Source of the DNA: Bdellovibrionota bacterium | GTDB lineage: Bacteria > Bdellovibrionota_C > UBA2361 > JAAYZI01 | DNA: 64,000 nt | Reading direction: 5' to 3' | NCBI GenBank assembly: GCA_050950765.1 | Contig: JBMNIF010000003.1 | Location: forward strand, 96,001-160,000 | In this document: positions 1 to 10,229 of the stretch, one piece after another | Numbering within the stretch: position 1 is the first letter of the stretch | How the letters are laid out: the number at the start of each line of letters is the position of its first letter | Made by a program: the position numbers and the translations under genes | Notes under the pieces: model-generated | Told to the model about the DNA's origin: nothing | The model's input: only the letters and a program-made list of their open reading frames with translations | Databases searched by the model: none

Positions 1-1764
1 GGTATCGTCTTGAGTAGAGATTGACGTTGGTCTATTTGAAAAGCTTCCGAGCACTTGATTGATATGGAGCGCTTTTAATCCAGCAAGTGCAAAACGCATA
101 CAGAAGTCCCAATCACCAGCTGCTTTTAATGAAGTGCTAAACTCCCCCATTTTATCGTGCACACTTTTACGCCAAAGAGGTTGACAACCGAACTGATAAG
201 CTAAAAGAGCTTCTGCTGGAAAGTATTCCGGATAGTAGTAACGTCTAGAGCCTTTATTTGCTAGGAAAGGCTCATTCGGAATTGTACTTTCATAAACATC
301 AGCATAAACCAGATCTATTTCAGGATTAGACTCTAGAGAGTTAAGCATAATCTCTAACGCTTCAGGGTGGTGTCTATCATCAGAGTTAGCATTAGTAAGG
401 AACTCTCCTTGTGCTAAAGCTATCCCTCTATTCCAAGCTTGATAAAGAGTTTCACGGTGATCAGTTCTAAGATAAACTATATTAGGGAACTGTGCTTGAT
501 ACCGTTCAACAACCTCTTTTTCATTTTGCGGAGAGTTACTATCTATAACAACGATCTCCATCTTACCTTTTTTAAAGAGAGATTGCGCCGTTAGATCTTT
601 AAAGAGCTCTTCTACGTATTCCATAGAGTTATAAAGAGAGACTAAAGCGGAGACTTTTATCTGTGATCTCTTTTCGAGGACGGGAGTATTTTTAGAAGAG
701 AGGGCTAGATCTGCATATTTTAAAACTTCAAGGGCTACCTTTGACCAAGGGCGTTCTCTACCGAGAACTTCAGCCTGTTTTGATATCTCAATGCGTCGTT
801 TCTCATCTAACAACATCTTTGTGATGGCATCTTTAAGCGCAGCACTGGAGATATCTGTCACTAAATCACCCAACTGTGGTACTAAGTATTCAGAGACTCC
901 ACCTTGATTAAAGGCGACAACAGGACAACCGCTAGCTTGTGCATCCACAACCGCAAGTCCAGCAGATTCGAAGCTGATCGATGGAAAAACCAACAATCCA
1001 GCTTTTCTTAAGTGTTGTGCAAGAAGTGGTTGAGGAACCTTTCCGTGAAATTTTAAACCTGACAACCCCCGCTCCAGATCTCTCTTTTGCGCTATAAAAT
1101 CGGGCCAATAGTTTTCATCACCAAAAATAGAGAGTTTTAGATTCGGAAAGTCTTTTTTTAATTCGCTAAAAACCTGTACTAAGACGTGTATTCCTTTCGG
1201 AGGCTCTATTCTACCGATAAAAATTAACTGATTCCAATCACGCCCCTCAGGGCCTGCATAAGTGAAAACATCGGGATTAAATCCGTTACGCACAACGACA
1301 ATTTTTTTCGGATCAACGTTACGCCCTAATAAAATCATATTTCGTTGCGCATCAGAGACACACGTCATAAAGTCTATCAGCTGCATAACGGTAGCTGGTT
1401 CTAAACCACTGGCATACGCTGATGGGGCGTGATTGATGATAATGCGTGAGAGGCAGTTTTTATGCTCCCGCAACAACAGTAACGGATGTACCAATGTTGC
1501 ACAGAAGCAGTGATATGCGGGGAGATCTCGGAGCCTTTTTTCGATTTGATGCAGGGCGTAGTCTACACCAAAGTTCCAGAACTCGATCCCGTTCTTCTCG
1601 GTTTCACCTTCCGGTAAGTTTGCACAAGCGATAACTCGATGTCCTAACTTTACAAACTCGTGTGCTAAAGCCATCGTGGCACTTTCGCCACCACCGGCGT
1701 TGATCCCGTGTGGATAGACCTTCCAATCATTGAAGAATATTACAATAACAGGTTTGGTGTTCAT
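1..1764 (-). CDS. Two-domain glycosyltransferase (N-terminal GT4/GT-B plus C-terminal GT2/GT-A); runs off the left edge of the window
   Basis: Manual translation from ATG at 1764: MNTKPVIVIFFNDW...GGGESAT..., GT4 motif FESAGLAVVDAQASGCPVVAFNQGGVSEY, then GT2 motifs VSALVSLYNS...VVIDSNS...YQAWNRGIALAQGEFLTNANSDD...GDWDF. Absent from the ORF track, presumably because no stop lies in the window. Confidence 0.85.
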   Translation of the reverse strand, partial: MNTKPVIVIFFNDWKVYPHGINAGGGESATMALAHEFVKLGHRVIACANLPEGETEKNGIEFWNFGVDYALHQIEKRLRDLPAYHCFCATLVHPLLLLREHKNCLSRIIINHAPSAYASGLEPATVMQLIDFMTCVSDAQRNMILLGRNVDPKKIVVVRNGFNPDVFTYAGPEGRDWNQLIFIGRIEPPKGIHVLVQVFSELKKDFPNLKLSIFGDENYWPDFIAQKRDLERGLSGLKFHGKVPQPLLAQHLRKAGLLVFPSISFESAGLAVVDAQASGCPVVAFNQGGVSEYLVPQLGDLVTDISSAALKDAITKMLLDEKRRIEISKQAEVLGRERPWSKVALEVLKYADLALSSKNTPVLEKRSQIKVSALVSLYNSMEYVEELFKDLTAQSLFKKGKMEIVVIDSNSPQNEKEVVERYQAQFPNIVYLRTDHRETLYQAWNRGIALAQGEFLTNANSDDRHHPEALEIMLNSLESNPEIDLVYADVYESTIPNEPFLANKGSRRYYYPEYFPAEALLAYQFGCQPLWRKSVHDKMGEFSTSLKAAGDWDFCMRFALAGLKALHINQVLGSFSNRPTSISTQDDT

Positions 1765-1891
1765 AGAAATTTTAATTAAAAAGCGTTAGAATCTTAAGCG
1801 GTTATTAGGATGTAAGATAGTTTGCCACAGATTCAAGTAATAGATTTTACTTAAGATAGTCTATTTATAACGGTGTTGAGTGGTAAAAATA

Positions 1892-2296
1892 TCATACATC
1901 AAAATAGTAGGACTCAATACCCAACTGCTCCAGAACGTAATTCATAACCCGCATATCATCCCACAATCCGGAAGCATAATCTTCATCACTAATCGGATCA
2001 TTTGCTACGGCAAAATACCTCACAGCCCCCGTAATCAGAGCCCGTTTACGTCGTGAAAAGCTCTTATATTTATCTAGCAACATATCACTACAATCAGCTA
2101 ACTTGAAGGCGCCTTCTTTATTGAACTTCGGATCGTTAGCTTCCCTCTGCAAAGCTAGATCACGAGAGTCCTGCACTGCCTTTTTTAGTTTACTTACGCC
2201 TGCCTCATCCAGATCTTCGCACAACATTTTGAATGTACTCGCTATGGTGGGAGGGAATTTAGGTAGGGGATGTTTTTTTCTTGAAAATATAAACAT
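1892..2296 (-). CDS. Hypothetical protein with a DUF1232/YkvA-like C-terminal motif
   Basis: C-terminal GAVRYFAVANDPISDEDYASGLWDDMRVMNYVL resembles the YkvA pattern YxxxPxDxIPD...GxxDD. Confidence 0.55.
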   Translation of the reverse strand: MFIFSRKKHPLPKFPPTIASTFKMLCEDLDEAGVSKLKKAVQDSRDLALQREANDPKFNKEGAFKLADCSDMLLDKYKSFSRRKRALITGAVRYFAVANDPISDEDYASGLWDDMRVMNYVLEQLGIESYYFDV

Positions 2297-2502
2297 AACT
2301 TCATTTTAACGTTATGAGAGACGTCAAGCAATCCCCTATGAAAGCCCCCAAAATCTATACTCTTTAACTTGTACTGTTTAGGTGAGAAAAGTATCCTTAT
2401 TAGTTAAAGATTGTTATTTTTTCTAAAAAAGCAGCTTCTTTTTTAGGGGTTAAGTGTTATTTATTGAAGATAAAACGATGATTCTGCAAAATCGGAGAAA
2501 AA

Positions 2503-4161
2503 GTGAGCATGGATAATAGTGTTGAAAAAGCCACGCCTTCTTTATTACGTGGCACAGGCATAGTAGCGGCATTAACACTCCTTAGCCGTGCACTTGGCTT
2601 TATTGAACAACTCTTTGTCGCAAAATTCTTCGGTGCAGGTGGCTTAACAGATGCTTTTTTTATCGCCTTTCGTATCCCTAATCTATTACGCAGTTTTGTA
2701 GCAGAGGGAGCGTTAACGTCAGCCTTTGTTCCAGTTTTTACTTCAGAATTGGCTAAGAGTCATAAGGACGCTCAGAAGCTATTACGTGCCGTCACGACAC
2801 TCCTTTGTTTAATCACTCTGACCCTCTCACTTTTAGGGATTATATATGCGCCGGAGATAGTTTCTTTGATCGCTCCAGGCTTCGGTCTTAATAGTCCGCG
2901 TGGAGAGCTCTGCATACTCCTTACAAGGATCATGTTTCCTTATATTATGTTTGTCAGTTTAGTAGCTATGCTAAACGGTGCCTTAAACTCTGTGAATATC
3001 TACGGTGCTGCGCCGCTAGCGCAGGTTACAATGAACATAGTTCTGATTTTTGGCGTGATTATCGCTGGGCAATTCCTTCCGGAAACAGGCTTAATTATTC
3101 TTGCTGCTGCAGTTATTGTTGGAGGCTTTGCTCAACTCCTGATCCAAATTCCATCTCTAAAAAAAGCTAATTTTAAACCCTTTCCTTCGAAAAAATTTAT
3201 CACTCCGCAGACGCGTCAGATCTTACTTTTAATGACACCCGCTATTTTTGGTTCTGCTGTCTATCAGATCGGCGTATTATTAAACTCTGTTCTGGCATCA
3301 CTCTTAAAGGAAGGTAGTGTTTCTTGGTTATTCTATGCTGACCGTTTAGCACAATTACCGATCGGTGTTTTTACTGTGGCATTAGCTTCTGTGCTTCTTC
3401 CAACCCTTTCCAAGTTTGCCGCCAAGAACGACCCGCAAGGATTTGCCAACTCCTTAAACGACTCTTTACGTTACACCAGTTTCTGTATGATCCCCCTCTC
3501 TTTTTTGATGTTTGCTTTTGCGCTTCCTATTACCAAGCTTGTTTTTGAACGTGGTTCTTTTACACCTCAAGATTCCGCCATGACAGCGCTAGCGGTACAA
3601 GCGACTGCCTTTGGGCTTTGGGGGATAAGTTGCCACTCTATGGCTATTCGTGGATTTCTTGCTTTAAAAGATACCGTTACACCGGTTATGATCGGTATAT
3701 TCGCCTTATTGGTTAATATTCTGGTATCACTTTCCATAATGGGATCTCCGGAACCTTCCGTACAGGGAAAGGCAGCAGATCTAGTAATCTTTATTCAAAG
3801 CTACCTAAAGGTGCCAATAAGTCTAGGTCATGCGGGGCTAGCCTTTGCCGGTGGCTTTTCAGCTAGCTGCGCTCTACTACTAACACTCTTTTTATTAAAA
3901 CGTCGCTATCAGGAGTTGTACTGGAAACCGTTTTTTGTAACTTCTTTTAAAACAGTAGTAGCGTCAGGCGCTATGTATCTTTGTGTCGTAGCGAGAGGAG
4001 ATCTTTTCAGTATAAATCTTATTGTAGACTTACTAATTGATAGTGTTATCGCTGTAATTACCTTCACTATTTTTGCAAAAATTTTAAAAATTAAAGAATT
4101 AGAGGAAACGTTTCAGATTCTTTTGCGAGTACTCTTAAAGCTTCGTAAACGCACCTCTTAA
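2503..4161 (+). CDS. murJ: Lipid II flippase MurJ (MviN)
   Basis: SRALGF...FGAG..TDAFFIAFRIPNLLRSFVAEGALTSAFVPVF, YADRLAQLPIGVF, many TM segments. Confidence 0.95.
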   Translation: MSMDNSVEKATPSLLRGTGIVAALTLLSRALGFIEQLFVAKFFGAGGLTDAFFIAFRIPNLLRSFVAEGALTSAFVPVFTSELAKSHKDAQKLLRAVTTLLCLITLTLSLLGIIYAPEIVSLIAPGFGLNSPRGELCILLTRIMFPYIMFVSLVAMLNGALNSVNIYGAAPLAQVTMNIVLIFGVIIAGQFLPETGLIILAAAVIVGGFAQLLIQIPSLKKANFKPFPSKKFITPQTRQILLLMTPAIFGSAVYQIGVLLNSVLASLLKEGSVSWLFYADRLAQLPIGVFTVALASVLLPTLSKFAAKNDPQGFANSLNDSLRYTSFCMIPLSFLMFAFALPITKLVFERGSFTPQDSAMTALAVQATAFGLWGISCHSMAIRGFLALKDTVTPVMIGIFALLVNILVSLSIMGSPEPSVQGKAADLVIFIQSYLKVPISLGHAGLAFAGGFSASCALLLTLFLLKRRYQELYWKPFFVTSFKTVVASGAMYLCVVARGDLFSINLIVDLLIDSVIAVITFTIFAKILKIKELEETFQILLRVLLKLRKRTS

Positions 4162-4224
4162 TCTACTTGTTAGATCTTCAAGAGTCGTCTTACTACGAAG
4201 TTTTTTGAATATTAAATTATCTTT

Positions 4225-4848
4225 ATGAGAAACGTCATGAGAGACTCTAATCCTGAAACATTACAAGCTAGGTACACTCCTCCAACAGATCTTTATAGCC
4301 ATGCTTCGGAAAAAGCTTTTTTATTGTTACGCGAGGCTGAAATAGCAGCAGAAAAGATCATTAGCCACACCAGAAAAGTAGCAGCAAAACAGATCTTTAA
4401 GGCTTACAAACGGAGTAAAGCTATCGGATATAAACGTGGCAAAAAAGAAGTTTTAAATGAGCAAGCTCTACACCTAACTAAGCAACTTTCAGATCTCGCC
4501 TCATATACTTCAACCTTAAAGGAGGACTGTTTTTTAACAACCCTTTCAGTTATTAAAGAGATCTTACAAGTAGAAGTAAGCCAATCTTCAGAATCTATTA
4601 GAGCGCGTCTCTGTAATGCCCTTTCCGCTATTACAGATAAACAACACCTTAAGATCCTTGTAAACCCCAAAGATTTAGCACGATTAAAAACCTCCTCCCC
4701 CCAACTTGAAAGCTTTTTAATTTCTGATGAAAAAGTTGAACTAGGTAACGGTATTATTAAGACTCCTATCGGGAAGATAGAGCTGACTTGGGAAGAACAC
4801 TATGACCTGATCTTTCAGATACTCCTTGCAAGGATTTCAGAACAATAA
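4225..4848 (+). CDS. FliH/SctL-like type III export ATPase stator
   Basis: Helical N-terminus with AIGYKRGKKE repeat-like segment, ILVNPKD, LISDEKVELGNGIIKTPIGKIE; directly upstream of a FliI-like ATPase. Confidence 0.7.
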   Translation: MRNVMRDSNPETLQARYTPPTDLYSHASEKAFLLLREAEIAAEKIISHTRKVAAKQIFKAYKRSKAIGYKRGKKEVLNEQALHLTKQLSDLASYTSTLKEDCFLTTLSVIKEILQVEVSQSSESIRARLCNALSAITDKQHLKILVNPKDLARLKTSSPQLESFLISDEKVELGNGIIKTPIGKIELTWEEHYDLIFQILLARISEQ

Positions 4849-4874
4849 GCACCTTATATTGTGGTATAAAAACT

Positions 4875-6224
4875 ATGGAGATTACATACACACCACTAAA
4901 TCAGAGAGTTCCACGTTATTCAGGTGCTAAATCTTTCGGTTGCGTTACAGCGATCGGCGGCCCCTTGATAACAGCAAAGATCCCTTTCTCTGCCGTAGGA
5001 GACCTTTGTAAAATCCCTGTTCAAAACAGATCAATCTCAGCGCAGGTCGTCTCATTTAAAGACAATATAGTTAAGTTAGCACCACTAGACGACCCGCACG
5101 GCATTCATCCAGGTAGTGTCGTTATAAATAGCGGGCTGCCACTTATAATTTATCCCCCCTCTAACCTTTTAGGAAAAATCATTGATGTGATGGGTCAAGA
5201 GTTGCAGTATGGTGCCGAAACAGAACCGTGTAAAAGAGGTACTTGCAACACTTATAAAGGTGTTATTTGCATAGATCGCAAACCACCTGAACCGTTAGCG
5301 CGTCCTCAAATTCAGGAACAGATGTTTTGCGGCGTAAAGTGTATTGATGCTTTTTGTCCGATCGGTTACGGGCAACGGCTTGGTCTTTTTGCTGGTCCAG
5401 GAGTAGGAAAATCCACTCTTTTAGGGATTATCGCTGCGCAGGCACAAGTTGATGTTACTGTAATTGCATTGGTTGGTGAAAGAAGTAGAGAGGTTCCTGA
5501 TTTTATCAATGATGTATTAGGTAGTGGCGGCTTAGAAAAAAGTGTTGTCGTTGTTGCGACAAGTGATGAATGTGCAGCAAGACGCGCCTTAGCTCCACAG
5601 ACAGCCACAGCTATTGCGGAACATTTTAGAGATCAAGGTTTAAATGTTTTACTTTTAGTTGATTCACTAACTAGAACAGCGCGTGCTTTGCGTGAAGTCG
5701 GTTTAGCAGCGGGAGAGATCCCTGTTCGACAAGGTTTTCCCGCTTCTGTTTATGCAGAGCTTCCTAAAATTTTAGAACGTGCAGGAACAGCAGAAAAGGG
5801 ATCGATAACGGGAATTTATACGGTCCTAACGCAAGGTGAACAGGCGCAAGATGCTTTAAGTGAAGAGGTTAAAAGTTTGCTTGATGGACATATTGTGCTA
5901 GATCCAGCCATCGCCGAAAAAGGGATCCTTCCCGCTTTTGATATCACAACCTCCATTTCGAGGTTACAATCAAAACTTTTAACAAAACGTGAGTTAGTTG
6001 AGGTAAGGGCACTTAAGGCAGCGGCAGCTTCGTTAAAAAAGAACAAAGAGATCTTGTTATTCGGTGGCACCCCAGATCCTGAATTAAAAGCTGCCTTAAA
6101 GATCGAAGACGATCTAAATAATTTTATTATTCAATCACCATCAGATCACTATCCTCAAAATATTAAAGAGATCATCTCAAAGATCGCTCGAACTTATACG
6201 CAATCAATTAAAAGCATTCATTGA
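4875..6224 (+). CDS. FliI/YscN(SctN)-family type III secretion ATPase
   Basis: GQRLGLFAGPGVGKSTLL (Walker A), VIALVGERSREV, VLLLVDSLTRTARALREVGLAAGE, LLDGHIVL. Confidence 0.92.
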   Translation: MEITYTPLNQRVPRYSGAKSFGCVTAIGGPLITAKIPFSAVGDLCKIPVQNRSISAQVVSFKDNIVKLAPLDDPHGIHPGSVVINSGLPLIIYPPSNLLGKIIDVMGQELQYGAETEPCKRGTCNTYKGVICIDRKPPEPLARPQIQEQMFCGVKCIDAFCPIGYGQRLGLFAGPGVGKSTLLGIIAAQAQVDVTVIALVGERSREVPDFINDVLGSGGLEKSVVVVATSDECAARRALAPQTATAIAEHFRDQGLNVLLLVDSLTRTARALREVGLAAGEIPVRQGFPASVYAELPKILERAGTAEKGSITGIYTVLTQGEQAQDALSEEVKSLLDGHIVLDPAIAEKGILPAFDITTSISRLQSKLLTKRELVEVRALKAAAASLKKNKEILLFGGTPDPELKAALKIEDDLNNFIIQSPSDHYPQNIKEIISKIARTYTQSIKSIH

Positions 6225-6478
6225 TCTTTTTTTATGCGAGAAAAAATCACTGTATAAATAGTATTATTTACACAGTGATAGCAGTTAAGGGCTTTAATTT
6301 CTTAAAATAGTTTTAATAAGTCAATAAAATCAAAGATTTTCGTATAATTATCAGAAAAGGGGTTCTAACTTATTAAAAAAATAGAAGCAAAGTGAGGGTT
6401 TTTTGTAATATTATAGAGTGGGATATTAGTAAGTTGTGATAAAATATTAGTAGCTAGTGGTTATTAAAGCGTTTTAGC

Positions 6479-7327
6479 ATGAATAAAGCGTGGATACATA
6501 AAAATTATCGCATCACGCCTTGGGAAAATGCGGGAGATGCGACAGAACTCTTTAATGACGAGGAGCGATCATCTCAAAGCAGTAGTCTTACACCTCTTCT
6601 TACTGTTCTAGTTTTCTCCTCACTTATTCTTTTATTATCGATCGTATTTTTTTCAATGAACGACTCTGAAGAGTTTATCTTTGCTATGGCTGATATGCCT
6701 ATCGTAAAAGGAGCATCTCTTGAATCTTTTGATAAAGAACGGGTGCTGGCGCGCATGTCGTCACGCACTAGGTTGGATTACAATGCTAAGGTAGATTTTA
6801 TTGCAAAAACGATTGAAAAGAGGAATCCCTCGGTTGATGCTAAAGAGATCGCTACCATGATTGTTTTTCAGAGTCATATTGCTAATTACGATCCTCTCTT
6901 TGTAACTGCCGTTATCTTTGCAGAGAGTAATTTTAAAAATAAGGCGAGATCCCGTGTCGGAGCACGTGGGCTGATGCAGCTTATGCCAGATACCGCACGG
7001 GATGTTTGTAAATTAACAAACACAAAATGGCGTGGAGAGTCAGGGCTTGATACTCCGGACTACAATATCTTTTTAGGGATAAACTACCTCAAGTTTTTAA
7101 GTTCAGAATTTTACGGCAACAACCTTGAGCACGTTCTGATCGCTTATAACTGGGGGCTAGGTAAATTTAATCGTGCTCGCTCTCGCAGTATGTTTGTTCG
7201 ATTGCCTCGTGAGACGATCCATTATAAGCACAAGGTTTTGACTCATCATAAAAGGTGGAAAGCAGAGTTTGATGTATATCTCGCTGCTTTACGAAGACCC
7301 AACAGTGAAAGTGTTATGAATGGATGA
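6479..7327 (+). CDS. Membrane-anchored SLT-domain lytic transglycosylase
   Basis: N-terminal TM helix; AVIFAESNF...SRVGARGLMQLMPDTA, NIFLGINYL, LIAYNWG, ETIHY. Confidence 0.9.
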   Translation: MNKAWIHKNYRITPWENAGDATELFNDEERSSQSSSLTPLLTVLVFSSLILLLSIVFFSMNDSEEFIFAMADMPIVKGASLESFDKERVLARMSSRTRLDYNAKVDFIAKTIEKRNPSVDAKEIATMIVFQSHIANYDPLFVTAVIFAESNFKNKARSRVGARGLMQLMPDTARDVCKLTNTKWRGESGLDTPDYNIFLGINYLKFLSSEFYGNNLEHVLIAYNWGLGKFNRARSRSMFVRLPRETIHYKHKVLTHHKRWKAEFDVYLAALRRPNSESVMNG

Positions 7328-7414
7328 GAGCGAGGTATCTCATAAAAAACAGAGCGCGCCCTACTCGTCTTATTTAACTTCAACAATCAAACGATATTAG
7401 TTCTTTTTATAAAA

Positions 7415-8002
7415 CTACCAATCATCTCCGGAGAGATCTATGAAAAAGATACCGGCGATCAGATCGGCGATCTGATCTACACAAACTCCACCGTATGCTC
7501 CCGCCACAAAGAGATCGGCACCAACTCCGATCTCTCCGATACAAACATCACGATCTCTGGATTCAACAAAAGAAGGTCCAAATGCAATTTCATTGGAAGT
7601 TTCTAGCATGACAGGGGGACGTCTTCCAAAATTACCAACACGTACGGAAACAGGGGCAGCTCCGCGAAATGCTAACTGTCCATATTTTGTAACTCTAACA
7701 ACACCACCAAAAGAAGGGCCGACACCGACATCGAAACGAAAGATATCAATCACATCCATAATCCTATTCGGAAGCCACATTAAAATTTTATGTAAAATAG
7801 AGTGCTCTTCTTTCTCTGACGGACTTTCAATCCCATCATACGGGATATTACTATTATCAACGGGATAACCTATGTAAGAAGGCTCTTCATATTCATATTT
7901 ATATCTATATTCATCTGCGTATGTTATTGGAGTTAACACTAGAGATGAGAAGAAAAGTGTTAAGAGTAACGGAATAGAACTGCTGAATCTGGTATTGATC
8001 AT
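7415..8002 (-). CDS. Hypothetical exported/membrane protein
   Basis: Likely start ATG at 8002 gives a signal-peptide-like N-terminus; Gly-rich beta-like C-terminal domain ending IFFIDLSGDDW. Confidence 0.6.
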   Translation of the reverse strand: MINTRFSSSIPLLLTLFFSSLVLTPITYADEYRYKYEYEEPSYIGYPVDNSNIPYDGIESPSEKEEHSILHKILMWLPNRIMDVIDIFRFDVGVGPSFGGVVRVTKYGQLAFRGAAPVSVRVGNFGRRPPVMLETSNEIAFGPSFVESRDRDVCIGEIGVGADLFVAGAYGGVCVDQIADLIAGIFFIDLSGDDW

Positions 8003-8353
8003 AATAATTCCACAAGTAATTAATATAGTCTGTTTTTTTATTGGAATAACAATTAACCTTACGAACCACAACTAAAAAAAATAAACCGCGACAAGATATA
8101 CTTAAATATAAAAAAATCCGCAAAAAAACCTTAAATTAAAATATTTTTCAAGATTTTCCCCTTGTATGATTCGCCTGCACTGGCTAAAATCACCGAAGTG
8201 GGTGCGACGTGTTATTCTTGTAGTCAGAACATAATAATTAACGAATAAATGAATTATGTGAAAGATAATATCTGAATATGTTCTTTTAACTATTGAATTG
8301 CACTACAAAAGAGATAATTACATTTAAAAATACCGAATAGGAGTTGAGTTACA

Positions 8354-8740
8354 ATGGGATTGAAAGATTTTTTTTCAAAAAGCACTGGTAATGCTGCGCT
8401 AAAAGATTGTTCTGAAGATATGAGTGCGAAAGACAATAAACGTTCTACCCCCTCTACTACTTCAAAACGTAAAAAACTTCCAAACGCATTACGTACCGTT
8501 AATGCTGGTTCAGCCGCTGCTGCTGTGGAAAGAGAGCGTCAAGCTTCAAGACCAGCTCCCCGTTTATCAATACTGAAAACGAAAACTAAGCAGTCGTCAC
8601 AAAACCTAGAAAGGGAAATCACGCAAGAACAGATCGCATTACGTGCTTGGTCTATCTGGCAGGAGAAAGGTTGTCCGCAAGGTCAAGATTTTCAAAATTG
8701 GGTACAGGCCGAACAGGAGTTGCGTGCTGAGTTAAAGTAA
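8354..8740 (+). CDS. DUF2934-domain protein with a basic disordered N-terminus
   Basis: C-terminal EQIALRAWSIWQEKGCPQGQDFQNWVQAEQEL is the DUF2934 pattern; AGGAG RBS upstream. Confidence 0.8.
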   Translation: MGLKDFFSKSTGNAALKDCSEDMSAKDNKRSTPSTTSKRKKLPNALRTVNAGSAAAAVERERQASRPAPRLSILKTKTKQSSQNLEREITQEQIALRAWSIWQEKGCPQGQDFQNWVQAEQELRAELK

Positions 8741-8819
8741 AAGCGAATTTAAAAAATCATCCTAAAAACCTTTAGAACCTTTTAGCTGACAGGTGAGAAG
8801 CACCCACCCTTAAGACGAA

Positions 8820-9060
8820 TTTAGTGCCACCCTTCCCACCAGAACAGGAGGGGCTGATACTAAAAACCGAATCGGTTAGATCTGGACGGGGGTTAAAAAT
8901 TTGGTGCCACCCACTAGGGACAACAGGACGGGCTGTAACTAAAAACCGAATCGGTTAGGTCTTCACGGGGGTTAAAAAACTGGTGCCACCCAACAGTAAG
9001 ACGGGAACGGTTAGATCTGGACGGAGGTTAAAAATTTGGTGCCACCCACTAGGGCTGCTA
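8820..9060. repeat. Intergenic tandem cluster of repeat family 1 (about 79 bp unit)
   Basis: GTGCCACCC core at 8824, 8904, 8983 and 9039 (spacings 80, 79, 56) with shared AAAAACCGAATCGGTTAG..CT..ACGG.GGTTAAAAA. Confidence 0.9.
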
Positions 9061-9091
9061 ATAATATTAAGATGTTAGCAAAGAGCTAATT

Positions 9092-10159
9092 TTAGTTAAA
9101 AGAAGGGTGGTAACCCCATATATTGTCGTTTTGAATAATCTCTAACTGATCTTGCAAGTCGGAGATCAGTTCAAGCCAATATGGCTGAGAACCAAAATCT
9201 TTAAAGACCCTCTGAAAAGCTGGATCTTCTCTACGGTGTGCAATCCACGCCGCATAGTGAATCATACGTAAAGCCCTTAACGGTTCTATTAACGTTAAAG
9301 TTCGCCGATCAAAATCTCTTAATTCTTCATAACCTTGCAATAGGATCTTCATCTTCTCTTTAGCTTCACAATCTCGACCTTGCACAAAAAGCCAGAGATC
9401 CTGAACGGGAGGAGCGGAAACCGTATCATCAAAATCCACAAAGGAAACACCTTCGTCCCGCCACAGAAGATTTCCGAAGTGAGCATCTCCATGTACCCTT
9501 TGATAACGAGATTCTGAGAAGAGAGGTTCAATTATTGCGCAAATTCTCTCTACAAGGTTAGAAAAAACAGGTTCTAACTCTGGAATTATCACTTTCTGAT
9601 CAATAAGATAGCGCATATTCTGAATGCCGTAGGTCTGAGGAGTGATTTGCAAGCGGTGCTTAAAAGGAGTGGCTGCGCCAACTGTGTGTAGGCGTGCCAT
9701 TAAGCGCCCTATTCTGAGAAGCTGTTCTGCATTTAATTCTGAGGGTGAGCGCCCTCCGACCTTCGGAAAGAGTGCAAAAAAGATCTTCTGATCTTGTAAC
9801 TCCCTTAATGTTTGCCCTTCATACTCTAACGCAGCTACTGCTGGTATATCCGCCTCTTGGAGGTCTTTTAGGAATTTATGTTCTTCTAAGATCTGCTCCC
9901 TACTCCAACGTCCAGGTCTGTAAAATTTAATTATTAAATAACGATCATAAGCGCTTAGAGGATCTGCTTGAGTTTCTATCTCTACCTCATAGACGCGGTT
10001 TTCCATACTATGAAGCGACATGCAGCGTCCCGTACACCTGACACCGTACTCTTCAACTGCATTTAAAATTTTTTCGGGGGTAATTTCGTAAAAATATTGA
10101 GTTTCCACCCCTCCCCAGAGACCCGCTGCTGACCCTTCCCCTCCTAAGCTATCCTGCAT
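9092..10159 (-). CDS. srkA: Stress-response Ser/Thr kinase SrkA (RdoA/YihE)
   Basis: SMENRVY, KFYRPGRWSREQILEEHKFL, RVHGDAHFGNLLW, FVDFDD, PPVQDLW, IEPLRALRMIHYAAWIAHRREDPAF. Confidence 0.93.
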   Translation of the reverse strand: MQDSLGGEGSAAGLWGGVETQYFYEITPEKILNAVEEYGVRCTGRCMSLHSMENRVYEVEIETQADPLSAYDRYLIIKFYRPGRWSREQILEEHKFLKDLQEADIPAVAALEYEGQTLRELQDQKIFFALFPKVGGRSPSELNAEQLLRIGRLMARLHTVGAATPFKHRLQITPQTYGIQNMRYLIDQKVIIPELEPVFSNLVERICAIIEPLFSESRYQRVHGDAHFGNLLWRDEGVSFVDFDDTVSAPPVQDLWLFVQGRDCEAKEKMKILLQGYEELRDFDRRTLTLIEPLRALRMIHYAAWIAHRREDPAFQRVFKDFGSQPYWLELISDLQDQLEIIQNDNIWGYHPSFN

Positions 10160-10229
10160 AGCGCTACCTTTGTTGTGTAAAACTTCCCCCTAAATAGTAT
10201 CTAAGTTTAAGCGCTCTTTGCAAGTAGAA

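Noticed and set aside
8165..8215. c-di-GMP-I riboswitch upstream of the DUF2934 gene
   Set aside because: Only a loose GGC.AAA...GAA...GACG resemblance; the GCAAAG and second-stem elements are missing.
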